This document shows positions 52,520 to 63,798 of a stretch of 64,000 nt of DNA, piece by piece. Each line of letters starts with the position of its first letter. The first letter of the stretch is position 1. The notes under the pieces were generated by a model, which was given only the letters and a program-made list of their open reading frames with translations, did no database searches and was not told the DNA's origin. The position numbers and the translations under genes were made by a program. Origin of the DNA: Chiloscyllium plagiosum (Eukaryota); contig NC_057749.1 of the NCBI RefSeq assembly GCF_004010195.1, positions 23,167,246 to 23,231,245 of the forward strand, read 5' to 3'.

Positions 52520-52580
52520 CAAGCAACTGGAAGGTTAAGGTCCATTCTTATGGACAGAGCGGCCATCCATTCTGCATTTA

Positions 52581-54612
52581 GAGTCATAAAGATGTACAGC
52601 ATGGAAACTGGCCCTTTGGTCTAACTCGTCCATGCTGACCAGATATCCCAACCCAATCTAGTCCCACCTGCCAGCACCTGGCTCATATCCCTCCAAACCC
52701 TTCCTATTCATATACCCATCCAGATGCCTTTTAAATGGTGCAATTGTACCAGCCTCCACCACTTTCTCTGGCAGCTTATTCCATCTTTCCTTTGCATGAA
52801 AAATTGCCCCTTAGGTCTCTTTTATATCTTTCCCCTCTCACCCTAAGCCTATGCCCTCTAGTTCTGGACTCCCCAACCCCAGGCAAAACACCTTGTTTAT
52901 TTATCCTATCCATGTCATTCATGATTGTATAAACCTCGATAAGGTCTCCCCTCAGTCTTTGATGCTCCAGAGAAAACAGCCCCAGCCTATTCAACCTCTC
53001 CCTGTAGCTCAAACCTCCAACCCTGGCAACATCCTTGTAAATCTTTTCTGAACCCTTTCAAGTTTCACAGAAGGAGACCAGAATTGCATGCCAAAAGTGG
53101 CCTAACCGCAACATGACCTCCCAACTCCTCCACTCAAGACTCTGACCAATAAAGGAAAGCATACCAAATGCCTTCTTCATTATCCTATCTACCTGGAACT
53201 CTACTTTCAAGGAGCTATGAACCTGTACTCCAAGGTCTCTTTGTTCAGCAACACTCCCCGATTTGTTTTCCCAAAATGCAACATCTCACCTTTATCTAAA
53301 TTAAACTACATCTGCCATTCCTTAGCCCATTGGCCCATCTGATCAAGATCCCATTGTAATCTGAGGTAACCTTCTTCACTGTGCACTACACCTCCAATTT
53401 TGGTGTCATCTGCAAACTTACTAACTATACCTCGTATATTCGCATCCAAATCATTTATATAGATGACAAAACGTAGTGGACCCAGCACCGATCCTTGTGG
53501 CACTCCACTGGTCACAGGCCTCCAGTCTGAAAAACAATCCTCCACCACCACCCTCTGTCTTCTACCTTTGAGCCAGTTCTGTATCCAAATGGTTAGTTCT
53601 CCCTGTATTCCGTGAGATCTAACCTTACTAATCAATCTCCCATGGGGAACCTTGTCGAACACCTTACTGAAGTCCATATAGATCCCATCTATCATTCTGC
53701 CTTCATCAATCCTCTTAGTTACTTCTTCAAAAAACTCAATCAAGTTTGTGAGACATGATTTCCCACGCACAAAGCCATGTTGACTATCCTGAATCAGTCC
53801 TTGCCTTTCCAAATACATGTACATCCTGTCCCTCAGGATTCCCTCCAACAACTTGCCCACCACCGATGTCAGGCTCACCAGTCTATAGTTTCCTGGCTTG
53901 TCCTTACCACTTTTCTTAAATAGTGGCACCACGTTTGCTAACCTCCAGTCTTCCAGCACCTCACCTGTGACTATCAATGATACAAATATCTCAGCAAGGG
54001 GCCCAGTAATCACTTCTCTAGCTTCCCACAGAGTTCTAGGGTACACCTGATCAGGTCCTGGGGATTTATTCACCCTTACGCATTTCAAGACATCCAGCAC
54101 TTCCTCCTCTGTAATATGGACATTTTGCAAGATGTCACCACCTATTTCCCCACATTCTATATCTTCCATGTCCTTCTCCACAGTAAACACTGATGCAAAA
54201 TACTTGTTTAGTATCTCCTCCATTTCCTGCGGCTCTGCACAAAGGCCGCCTTGCTGATCTTTGAGGGGCCCTATTCTCTCTCTAGTTACCCTTTTGTCAA
54301 TGTATTTGTAAAAACACTTTGGATTCTCTTTAACTCTATTTGCCAAAGCTATCTCATGTCCCCTTTTTGCCCTCTTGATTTCCTTCTTAGGTATACTTCT
54401 ACTTCCTTTATACTCTTCTAAGGATTCACTCGATCTCTGCTGTCTATGCTTGACATATGCTTCCTTCTTTTTCTTAACCAAACCCTCAATTTCTCAAGTC
54501 ATCCAGTATTCCCTAAACCTACCAGCCTTTCCTTTCACCCTCAGAGGAACGCATTGTGTCTGGACTCTTGTTATCTCATTCCTGAAGGCTTCCCGTTTTC
54601 CAGCCATCCCTT
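52581..54612 (-). mobile_element. 5'-truncated CR1 (HER1-like) LINE with a 391-aa open RT segment (53306-54481)
   Basis: KSPGPD, YRLVSLTSVVGK, YMDFSKVFDKVPH, SGVPQGSVLGP, SKFADDTK; typical 3' UTR. Inserted into a Penelope remnant. Confidence 0.93.
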
Positions 54613-55040
54613 TACCAATGTAAAGAGTACCGCTTTGAGAGCGACAAATACAAGAGGCTAGATTGCGAAAGGTACAAGTAATTTGCTGCTTCACCTGGAA
54701 GGAGTGTTTGGGGTCTTTGACAGTGAAAAGGGAGGAGGTCAAAGGGCAAATACCATGACTCACTGGGCTAGAAAATCAAACCTCACCATTTCTGCAGTCA
54801 TTGAAGATAAGAGAAAATTTAGTCAAACTATCCAAAATCCTCAATCTGCCTGTTTGATGATCTCAGGTTAAAAGATTCAAAACTCACCAAGTTTCTGCAA
54901 TCAATAAGAAAGTAACTGTTTCTTATTATGACCAAATTGTCTTTGATCTATGCTAATTAGGAAAGATGAATTGTTAACTTGTGAATCTGCAAATTAAAGT
55001 CTACCCCTTCTTAAATTCTCTCTGGCAGACACAGACAAGT

Positions 55041-55336
55041 GGGTGGCACGGTGGCACAGCGGTTAGCACTGCTGCCTCACAGCGCCAGAGACCCGGGTTC
55101 AATTCACGCCTCAGGCAACTGACTGTGTGGAGTTTGCACGTTCTCCCCGTGTCTGCGTCGGTTTCCTCCCACAGTCCAAAGATGTGCAGGTCAGGCGAAT
55201 TGGCCATGCTAAATTGCCCATAGTGTTAGGTAAGGGGTACATGTAGGGGTATGGGTGGGTTGTGCTTCGGCGGGTCGGTGTGGACTTGTTGGGCCGAAGG
55301 GCCTGTTTCCACACTGTAAGTAATCTAATCTAATCT
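55041..55336 (+). mobile_element. HE1-type tRNA-derived V-SINE (representative near-intact copy)
   Basis: Pol III A-box/B-box head (GGTGGCACAGCGGTTAGC..GGTTCAATTC), V-domain (TTTCCTCCCACAGTCCAAAGA), CR1-like tail and (AATCT)n end. About 17 copies in the window: ~8575-8820(-), 14660-14982(-), 17075-17400(-), 28085-28425(-), 29293-29595(+), 31852-32170(-), 32460-32800(-), 33845-34128(-), 42530-42757(+), 44590-44914(+), 47605-47712(-), 48245-48557(-), 50294-50575(+), this copy, 55880-56181(+), 59114-59418(+), 62105-62453(-). Confidence 0.92.
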
Positions 55337-55650
55337 GACAAGACACAAAAATACAGACAAAACGTGGATAGTAAGGATATTAAAAAAATCAGAGAAGCAC
55401 AATTTGCTCGCACATGTCTGGACCACAGGATTCATTGAGTTGCTTCCTTTCCCTTCCCTTTTAGTTTAGTTTCAGCTCTTTACTGTCGACACAAAGGTAT
55501 TTGTGTAACAACGCTTTGTTTAATTTACTGGTTGAGCATGCATCCTCTCACTTTCTTTAAATGCATTTTATTTCTCCTTCAACGTGGGATTTGAAGATAA
55601 AGGTGATCGAAAGGCAGCTGATTGTAACCGAAAACCTTTCAGTACTTCCG

Positions 55651-55654
<4 letters not shown>

Positions 55655-55685
<31 letters not shown>
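55655..55685. repeat. (AG)n microsatellite
   Basis: Directly visible. Confidence 0.95.
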
Positions 55686-55689
<4 letters not shown>

Positions 55690-58600
55690 ACAAAGAGAGA
55701 TTTTTCGATGCTTTCTCTTTGCATGCTGCTGGTTCATTGCTGCACTAGCCCCACACAAGCATTGATCGCGTAGTCAGGAGCGAGAGCGATGTTTTCAAGC
55801 AGTTTTCCTCCAGTTCAGAATCCACCAGTGTTGTGATATCTGCTATTGCTCACACTGTTCCAGGAAAAGTATACACTTTGGGGTGGCACGGTGGCACAGT
55901 GGTTAGCACTGCTGCCTCACAGAGGTAGGGGAGGCCCAGGTTCAATTCCCGCTTTGGACAACTGTCTGTGTGGCGTTTGCACATTCTCCCCGTGTCTGCA
56001 CGGGTTTCCTCCCACAGTCCAAAGATGTGCAGGTTAAGTGAATTGACCATGCTAAATTGCCCATAGTGTTAGGTGGATTAGTCAGGGTAAATATAGAGGG
56101 GGTGGGTTTCTCTTCAGAGGGTTGGTGTGGACTTGTTAGACCGAAGGGCCTGTTTCCATGCTATAGGTAATCTAATCTAATCAAAGTACTCCAGTAAACG
56201 TGTTTTTTTAAATTACAGGCATCTCTTTGTGCAGTCTCCTTGGTTTAAAGCAGTATTTTTGTTTCCTAGTCTACAGTCCAAACATAAAGGAAATGTAAAG
56301 ATATTGCACCCAAGGTTGAGGGGTGACCTTATAGAAGTCTGTAAAATCATGAGGGGCATGGATAGGGTGAATAGGCATTTTTTTCTCCCCCAGGGTAGGG
56401 GTCCAAAACTAGAAGGTATAGGTGAGAGGGAAAAGATTTTAAAAAGAGCAAAGATGCAGACTGTGTTGCATGTACAGAATAAGTTGCCACACAAAGTGAT
56501 GGAGGTTGGTACACTTACAACTTTTAGAAAGCATCTGGATGGGTTTATAAATAGAAAGGATTTGGAGGGATATGGGCCAAATGCTGGCAAATGTGACTGC
56601 ATTAATTAAGGATATCCGGTCGGCATGGACAAGTTGGACCGAAGGATCTGTTTCTGTGCTGTATAGCTCTATGACTGTGACTCTACACTCCTCCATCCTT
56701 CAAAGATGAAATGTCATTCGAAAATTGCATTTCATCACAAGGTATGCGGTAGACCCACAACAATAAAACAAGATTTATATCCAACTATTCATACCTCCCC
56801 CTTATACAAGTTTGATAGAATCTGTTACCATCTCTTAAATTCTTGGTCGTATCAATAGACTTTAGCTGGACAGTCTTGCATTTTAGCATCTTAATTTTCC
56901 GATTAAAATTATTTGTCAAAGAGAAAATCATTTGGTTCTGTGCGCACAGTCTCTTCACCCAAATAAAAACAATGTCAATCCAGGATAATAATATCGCCAA
57001 AATGTTCACTTGAAGCTAAAAAAATTAACTTTATTGGGTTCTGCAGTTAATTCCTCTACATCAGTGTCTAAGATTATACTAAATTAATCTGTCTCCCAGG
57101 TCAATGTTCTTGGATTAGAATAATTGAATTCTTCCTGTGATTCTAACTCAAATAAATACTTGAGTAAAATCATCCTCAAGATACGACTAGAAACACTTCA
57201 CGACAATTCCACCATCAGGTCCATTTCCCTATTTTCAGCTGCAGTAGCTGGTTCTATCACAGTTATTTCACTAAAGTCCACTTGCTCAGATTAGAAGAGA
57301 GACCTGATTACTCCAAATAGCTGATCAGCATTTGAGTTAAACAACAGAACCTCACTGGGACATTTATTATTCAGAACCATCACATCAGATTCAAAAATCT
57401 ACTTCCAGAGGCCCACTTCTGAAACATTGGTCTGAGCTCCACACGCCCATTCCTTTGAGGCAACAGCATTTAAAACTTTTCACTGTATGATTTTTGTCAA
57501 AAATGATTAAATTGCTTTTTTGCTCATCAAACTGAATATCAGGAAAACAATCAGTGTGAGGAATTTGAATCTCTGTTGCTTCTTGTTTTGTTCCCAGGTT
57601 TAACAGTTCTAATCAAATTTAATTAGTCAAACTCAATACATTTCCTGTTTTACCTGAATGTATGCCCTGATCCCCTCTGTCAGCATCACCTGAGAATTTT
57701 CCCACTTCAAAGCCGACATCAAACATTCTAAGAAATATTGACATTCTGGAATTCCTTCAGACTATGTTTCAGTGGTGAGCTGCCTGTCCTGATTCTTCAT
57801 CAGGAATCATTCCAGATGAAGGGCTTATGCCTGAAATGTCGATTCTCCTGCTCCTCGGATGCTGCCTGACCTGCTGTGCTTTTCCAGCAACACATTTTCA
57901 ACTCTGATCTCCAGTATCTGCAGTCCTCACTTTCTCCTCCTCAATAAAAAAAGGCATGAGGGGCAACCTTTTTAGACAGAGAGTGATTCATGTATGGAAT
58001 GAACTTTCAGAGGAATGATGGATGCAAGTACAGTTACGACATTTAAAAGACATTTGATATGAATGAGAAATGTTTGGAGGGATATGGGCAAAGCGCAGGC
58101 AGGTGGAACTAGTTTTGTTTGGGATTATGGTCAGCATAGACTATTTGGACTGATGGGACTATTTCCATGCTGTATGACTCCATGATGTTCTATGACTCCG
58201 TAACTATCTAAAACCACCAACTTGCCTGATAGGGGAACTCACCTTAAAGCAAAACAGTTACTAGGTTTCTGAACTTAATATATTTTTTAAAAATCTGTTT
58301 GTTATTAAAAAATGTCAGACTAACGGAAAAGATGCAACGGACATCGAGAAAATGGGAGAATGGGATGAAATCCTTACAGGAAGCAGAGTGTGAAGAAATG
58401 TAGCCAAGGCAACTGTGGGAGTTGATGAGTTTGTAATAGATATTGGTAGTCAGCTTATCCCAGAATTGACATAGCAGAGAAGGAAGGGAAGGCAAGAATT
58501 CATCCATTGCATCTTTCTGCTGATGCTGCCTTCTACAAGGCTACCTCTGACATGTTCTCCTTTTGACTGCTTGTGTGGAATACCTCTGCTCTAACCATAA

Positions 58601-59740
58601 GAATGACACCAACCTTCCAATTTCTTGCCATTTCAATGCATCGTCTTTCTCTCAGGATTACATTTCTGTTGGAAGCTTAGGGTAGTACCATACTGAATCA
58701 CACGCAAATTAGATTTTCCATTTAGGCACTTTATATCCTAAGGACTCAATACTGAGTTCTGGTTTTATTTCAGATCTACTTTGCAGTTACTTGAGTGCAA
58801 CGCAGTGTTAACTAATTTTTTAAATCCTTTTTGATTACTTTTGTTTGCTTTATATTTTTCTGTCATTGTTCCTTTACTGGCTTTGGCCCTTTTTAAAATC
58901 ATAATTTTCAGAACTACTAGCTCATAGTTACAGAGATTTTGCCTGAAGAAGTAATGACACTCTGATGACGCCACTCTACCTTTGTGCTGACCTGGAGAAG
59001 AAAAGTGGTAGAACCTTCTGAGGTCTGGATACAGGTATTCTTATTGTACAAAGTTAAAAATCACACAACACCAGGTTATAGCCCAACAGGTTTAATTGGA
59101 AGCACACACTTTATGGGCGGCACGGTGGCACAGTGGTTAGCACTGCTGCCTCACAGCGCCAGAGACCCGGGTTCAATTCCCACCTCAGGTGACTCTCTGT
59201 GTGGAGTTTGCACATTCTCCCCGTGACTGCGTGGGTTTCCTCCGGGTGCTCTGGTTTCCTCCCACAGTCCAAAAATGTGCAGGTTAGGTGGATTGGCCAT
59301 GCTAAATTGCCCATAGTGTTAGATGAAGGGGTAAATGTAGGGGGATGGGTCTAGGTGGGTTGTGCTTCAGTGGGTTGGTGTGGACTTGTTGGGCCGAAGG
59401 GCCTGTTTCCACACTGAGAGTAAAGCTTTCAGATCGTTGCTTCTTCATCAGGTGAAGGAGTGAGGGTCTGAAAGCTAGTGTGCTTCCAATTAAACCTGTT
59501 GGACTATAACCTGGTGTTGTGTGATTTTTAACTTTGTACCCAGTCCAACACCGGCATCTCCAAATCATGACTTCTTATTGTAGAAATTATATTCCTAAGT
59601 GTCTTCAATTCCTTTTTCAAAGCACTTTGAAGCTGTGCCATCAGAATTATTGAACCATGTTTTTTTTTAATGACCAGAACAGTTTGTTTTTAAAAGAGGG
59701 AAAAAGAGAGAGGTGGAGAACTCTTGGTAACCTTTGTTTT

Positions 59741-60006
59741 TGATTGTATTTGTAACGTTAGACTTTTTATCCTTGAGTAAAGGGACTCCACCAAAATTTA
59801 TTGCATCTTGAATGAACTTAGATTTTCGTCAAAAAATAAATAGCCTTGTCTTCCGGCTATCTGCAACTCTGTTGATTGTATTTGTAACGTTAGACTTTTT
59901 ATCCTTGAGTAAAGGGACTCCACCCCAAAATTTATTGCATCTTGAATGAACTTAGATTTTCGTCAAAAAATAAATAGCCTTGTCTTCCGGCTATCTGCAG
60001 CTCTGT
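59741..60006. repeat. Tandem duplication, period about 132 bp
   Basis: TGATTGTATTTGTAACGTTAGAC... starts at 59741 and again at 59873; the copies are nearly identical. Confidence 0.92.
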
Positions 60007-60217
60007 TTGCCTGCCGTCATAGAATTAGATACTGCTGACAGTCTGAATGGTTTAATGTGCAGAGCGGTTGTTCAGCTGTTCTTCAATTAGTTTTCTAACT
60101 GTCTGAGATCTTTGAGACTACTTTCAAAGAGAGCCACCCCTGCAAACCATGGTGTGGGTTCCGCCTCCAGAAAGATACTTACCTGACCATGGCAGTATTT
60201 ATGGTTATCCCTCATAA

Positions 60218-60490
60218 TGTAAGAAACAAAGTGTGGATAATGGTATTGAAGTGTCCAACAGATGTTTATTACAACTCACTATTAAATACAAAGTTTACAT
60301 TCACGGGCACATAGTGTACACAGGCTAACATTAGGATATAAAGATCAGTATACTCCTATTGGTATGCTATGCTTCAAGTGATCTTAAGGTGGATTCTGAG
60401 ATCTTTATACCATGTTACATGTTATTATCCAGTGATAATATGAGCATGTCCTTTTAAGGTTTACTGACACACTATCTATGAGACTCTTGT
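60218..60490 (-). mobile_element. Solo LTR related to 45650-45930
   Basis: Shares ATGGTATTGAAG..TCCAACAGATGTTTATTACAACTCA and ATGCTTCAAGTGA with 45675-45820. The minus strand has AATAAA followed by an ...ACA end. Confidence 0.6.
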
Positions 60491-60958
60491 CAGTTACAGC
60501 TCCTATACATCCAATATTTGTTTCTTTACTTTCTGCATCACTCTGTCCTATTCCTATCTCATCTGTCATTTAACTGCTACTGTTTTCCATCCTTGCCTTC
60601 ATTCTTTCATTTGCCCCAGCACTCCTCCTCTTTCCCCTATAACCTTTGTACATTCTGCAGTGGAAACTGTTACATCTCTGTTACCTTGCAGTTCTGATCG
60701 TACATCATTGACCTGGAATGTTGTCCTGAGGCTTCCAGTTCAGCCAATGTAAAGCCAAGACCCAGAAGGGTGGGCCTTATTTTCTTTTTTCATCTCCTAA
60801 TCCTCTGCCAGACATCAACTAACTCGATTGTTGCCTGAAAAGAAGTACTCAAATCTTTTACCCAGGTGTGCTTCCCTTGTGTGACAGACAAAAGGCAGGG
60901 AACTGACATGGAATTTAATTAAACAAGCGTTTCTTTATTTAACCCTTTCAGTACTAAT

Positions 60959-61228
60959 TGGATGTAGGTTTGCTCACTGAGCTGCAAGGTCCATTTCCAG
61001 ACGTTCCGTTACCCTACTAGGTAACATCTTTAGTGGGCCATTCAGTGGAAATGATATCACCAACCCAAAGAACATATAAATAGGAAGCAGGAATTTTCAG
61101 CATTGCTTCGCCTGAGGCCCACTGAAGATGTTACCTACTGGGTAACGAAACGTCTGGAAATGAACCTTGCAGCTCAGCGAGTAAACCTACATCCAAAACC
61201 TCAACCCGAACTATAAATCTTCTCAAAA
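60959..61228 (+). mobile_element. Penelope-like terminal-repeat insert (inverted arm, direct arm with tail) with hammerhead motif
   Basis: Perfect 14-bp TSD CTTTCAGTACTAAT (60945-60958, 61229-61242). Arm 60959-61040 is the reverse complement of ~61116-61196. Confidence 0.8.
61119..61157 (+). ncRNA. Minimal type I hammerhead ribozyme motif
   Basis: CCA-CTGAAGA-T-GTTACC(TACTG)GGTAAC-GAAA-CG-TC^TGG: intact core, 6-bp stem II, palindromic ACGT mini stem III, stem I CCA/TGG. Predicted cleavage after 61154. Confidence 0.75.
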
Positions 61229-61429
61229 CTTTCAGTACTAATACTTGAAAGATACATTCATTGCAATCTTTACCTCTCATTTCATCTAACTTCAACTCAC
61301 TTCATTTAATTTCACTCTATCTTACTTAATCCACATCTAACTGTAATGTTAACTCTATAAGTTTGGCTTGAGCCGTACTACCCCGATTTCAGTAATGTGG
61401 CCAGCTTTGTTCTCCATGTGCATCTCACC

Positions 61430-61688
61430 TCGTGGCTCTCTGTCTTCTTTGAAATTCCTTAAAGGCACACGCTTTTGAAAAGTGGTTTGGGAGACTTCTC
61501 CAAGAAAATGCCTTTGTTCTGTAAAATTTGTTCATTTCCAGAAAGATCTCAGTCAATGAATCAATCAATGTCTGATCACGTGGTTCGATCCCCAGCCCAC
61601 GGAGTTTACTAGTGAACACCTCCCAAGCAGCAAATGGTGACATCCCATATAAGGTAGCGGTAGTGGCAAGACGTCGAGAGACCACCAT
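61430..61688 (-). CDS. Candidate first coding exon (unidentified)
   Basis: gccATGG start, 86 open codons, ending at AG|gtgaga; product not recognised. Confidence 0.3.
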
Positions 61689-61691
61689 GGC

Positions 61692-61922
61692 TGAATTAAC
61701 TCCTTGGAGGCTAGTGTCCCATCACCAAGTCACCCTCCATTTACACGTGCACAGTACATGAATGACCCAGCTAGTACAGTGCCAATCCCTGAAGTGGTAA
61801 GAATCTCTGAGACTCCTGTTTACTTCTGTCAGCCAAAGGTCCCTGATTGGCCGAGGTTAAAAATCCCATTCAGGGACCTCATACTCATTGAGACCGACCT
61901 GGGCCTTGATCCAATCACTACA
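61692..61922 (-). mobile_element. Solo LTR family A
   Basis: Minus strand TGTAGTGATTGG...GGGTGACTTGGTGATGGGACAC...TTCA, with an imperfect 5-bp TSD (ATGGC/ATGAC). Confidence 0.7.
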
Positions 61923-63592
61923 ATGACACTTTGCCTTATTTGGTGAACATAGGAAACTACAGGTCACACATGTCCTAGTTGCAGTCTTAACTAAGTATTA
62001 CTATTACACAGTCTGCTATGATACACAGCCCATTATCAGCCACGAATAGTACCCATTAGCAGCTATTCATTCCCCCAGATTGACCTTTATCCTGTCCTTT
62101 CACAGAATCATAGAATTCCTATGTATGGAAACAGGCCATGCAGCCCAACAAGTCTACATCGACTGTCTGAAGTGCATCCCACCCAGATTCACCCCATCTC
62201 TGTAACCCTACATTTTCCATGGCTAACCCACCTACTCTGCACATCCCTGGACAGTATGGGCAATTTCCCATGGCCAATCCACCTTAACCTGCACATCTTT
62301 GGATTGTGGGAGGAAACCAGAGCACCCGGAGGAAACCCCAGCAAACACGGGGAGAATGTGCCAACTCCACACAGACAGTTGCCTAGGGCTAGAATTGTAC
62401 CCGGGTCCCTGGCGCTGAGGCAGCAGTGCTAACCATTGAGCCACCATGCCATCCTTTGTCTGCCCAATTGTTTTTGTCTTGCTTTGGGCTCTATCTACAC
62501 CTACCATTTACTCCTTACCCCCCACCCAAGCTTCTGCATAAAAACCAAACTTTTCCTTGCTACCATCAGCTCTGAAGAAGGTTCACTGAATCTAAAATGT
62601 TAACTCTGCTTTCTCTCCACAGGTGCTGCCAGACCTGCTGAGCTTTTCCAGCAATTTCTGGTTTTTGTATCAGCAGATAGAAATTGAGAGGCATGAAATT
62701 CAGGGATCTGATGGATCATGGAGTATAGATCTTGAAAGAATGTACAGGTTGGTAAAGATGGGTGGATTGGGAATATGGAGAGCTGGAGGGAGGGAGAGTT
62801 TGGGGGCAGCAATACTGGTGGACGTCAGATAGTGTGGGGTAGATGAGAAACATCAGGAAGCGTTAGAGAGAACCTGGACAAAATGAGGGATTGGGTCAAC
62901 GGAGATTACATAGACCGGAGTGATTAAGTGAGAATGGGGTGGAGGAGTGAAACTTGGGGTCGGAGATCAGGTTATGAGAAACAGCTGAGATACAGCAGGG
63001 TTGTAGAGTGATCAAGGTTCAGAGCTCAGGACAGATTGAGAAGAGAGTCTGTAGGTTAACATAATGGACTGGAGGACACTTTCAGCCTCCTTCTGACCCA
63101 CAAGGAATGTTGTAAAGACACACATGATGGATAAGAAACTTAGTGCTTCCTGTTACCAGTTGTGTCACCTGAGGGCTAGCCAATAGAAGCTCCAGGAGGA
63201 GGAGGGATAGATTTGTGGGGGCATTTAAAGCTCAATAAAGATGTTGGGGCAACTCAACTGTTGAAACTTTGACATCTCAAACCTGAACCCTAACCCAAAC
63301 TCCAATCAAAGCAACTCTGGACATAACAGACCAAGGGTAGAGTTGATCAGCCAGCACACTCCAAGGAAATGGGCTCTCCAGATAAATATTCTGATGTGGT
63401 TGAGAAATCTCCATTCACCAGTTTTTTTTTTTAGGACTTGATCCTGGATAGTTGGTTAGCAAGCTCTTAGGAAACTGGAAAGCTAAAGGGAGCTGAGGAT
63501 AGATCCAGGAAGGAGCAAGTTATATCTATAGCACTGCTTGCAGGTCAAGAGAATCAGAAGTATTTCACAAAACACCCTGCCACTAAGCTTTC

Positions 63593-63798
63593 TGAAACAA
63601 CTCTTCAGAGGCTGACATCCCATCACCCTTTGACAATAACATTGCCTCTTACCAAGTCAGACATTCCAGGGGCTCAATATCGCTGACATGTACCCTTTTA
63701 TGTCAGCCAGGGCTCCCTGTTTGGACTGGATTATCAGCTTCAGTCAGTGAACTCATATTAAAGATGTCCAGCTGACTGACCTCATTACAACCGCTACA
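63593..63798 (-). mobile_element. Solo LTR family A
   Basis: Minus strand TGTAGCGG...AAAGGGTGATGGGATG...TTCA, with an imperfect 5-bp TSD (CTTTC/CCTTC). Confidence 0.6.

Larger units (their letters stand above)
52080..54760 (-). mobile_element. Penelope-like element remnant interrupted by a CR1 and a PLE terminal insert
   Basis: 54615-54760 translates CPLTSS..HSFQVKQQITC..CICRSQSGTLYIGK (YIG motif). 52130-52300 is homologous to 31570-31735. A further PLE RT-thumb remnant lies at ~58320-58500 (TNIYYK..SHS..SSHSASCKDFIPFS). Confidence 0.7.

Noticed and set aside
53306..54481. Domesticated or active reverse transcriptase gene
   Set aside because: 5'-truncated, no endonuclease domain, stop right after WQM and deletions downstream; an ordinary fairly young CR1 copy.
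55041..55110. tRNA genes
   Set aside because: All tRNA-like segments continue into the V-domain and CR1-like tail, so they are SINE heads.
386..62832. Most 60-130 aa ORFs in the supplied track
   Set aside because: They are translations of SINE, LINE or PLE fragments (recurring MVAQWLALLPH, CGRKPEH, FFTQRV, TPGYSPTG peptides) or chance ORFs.
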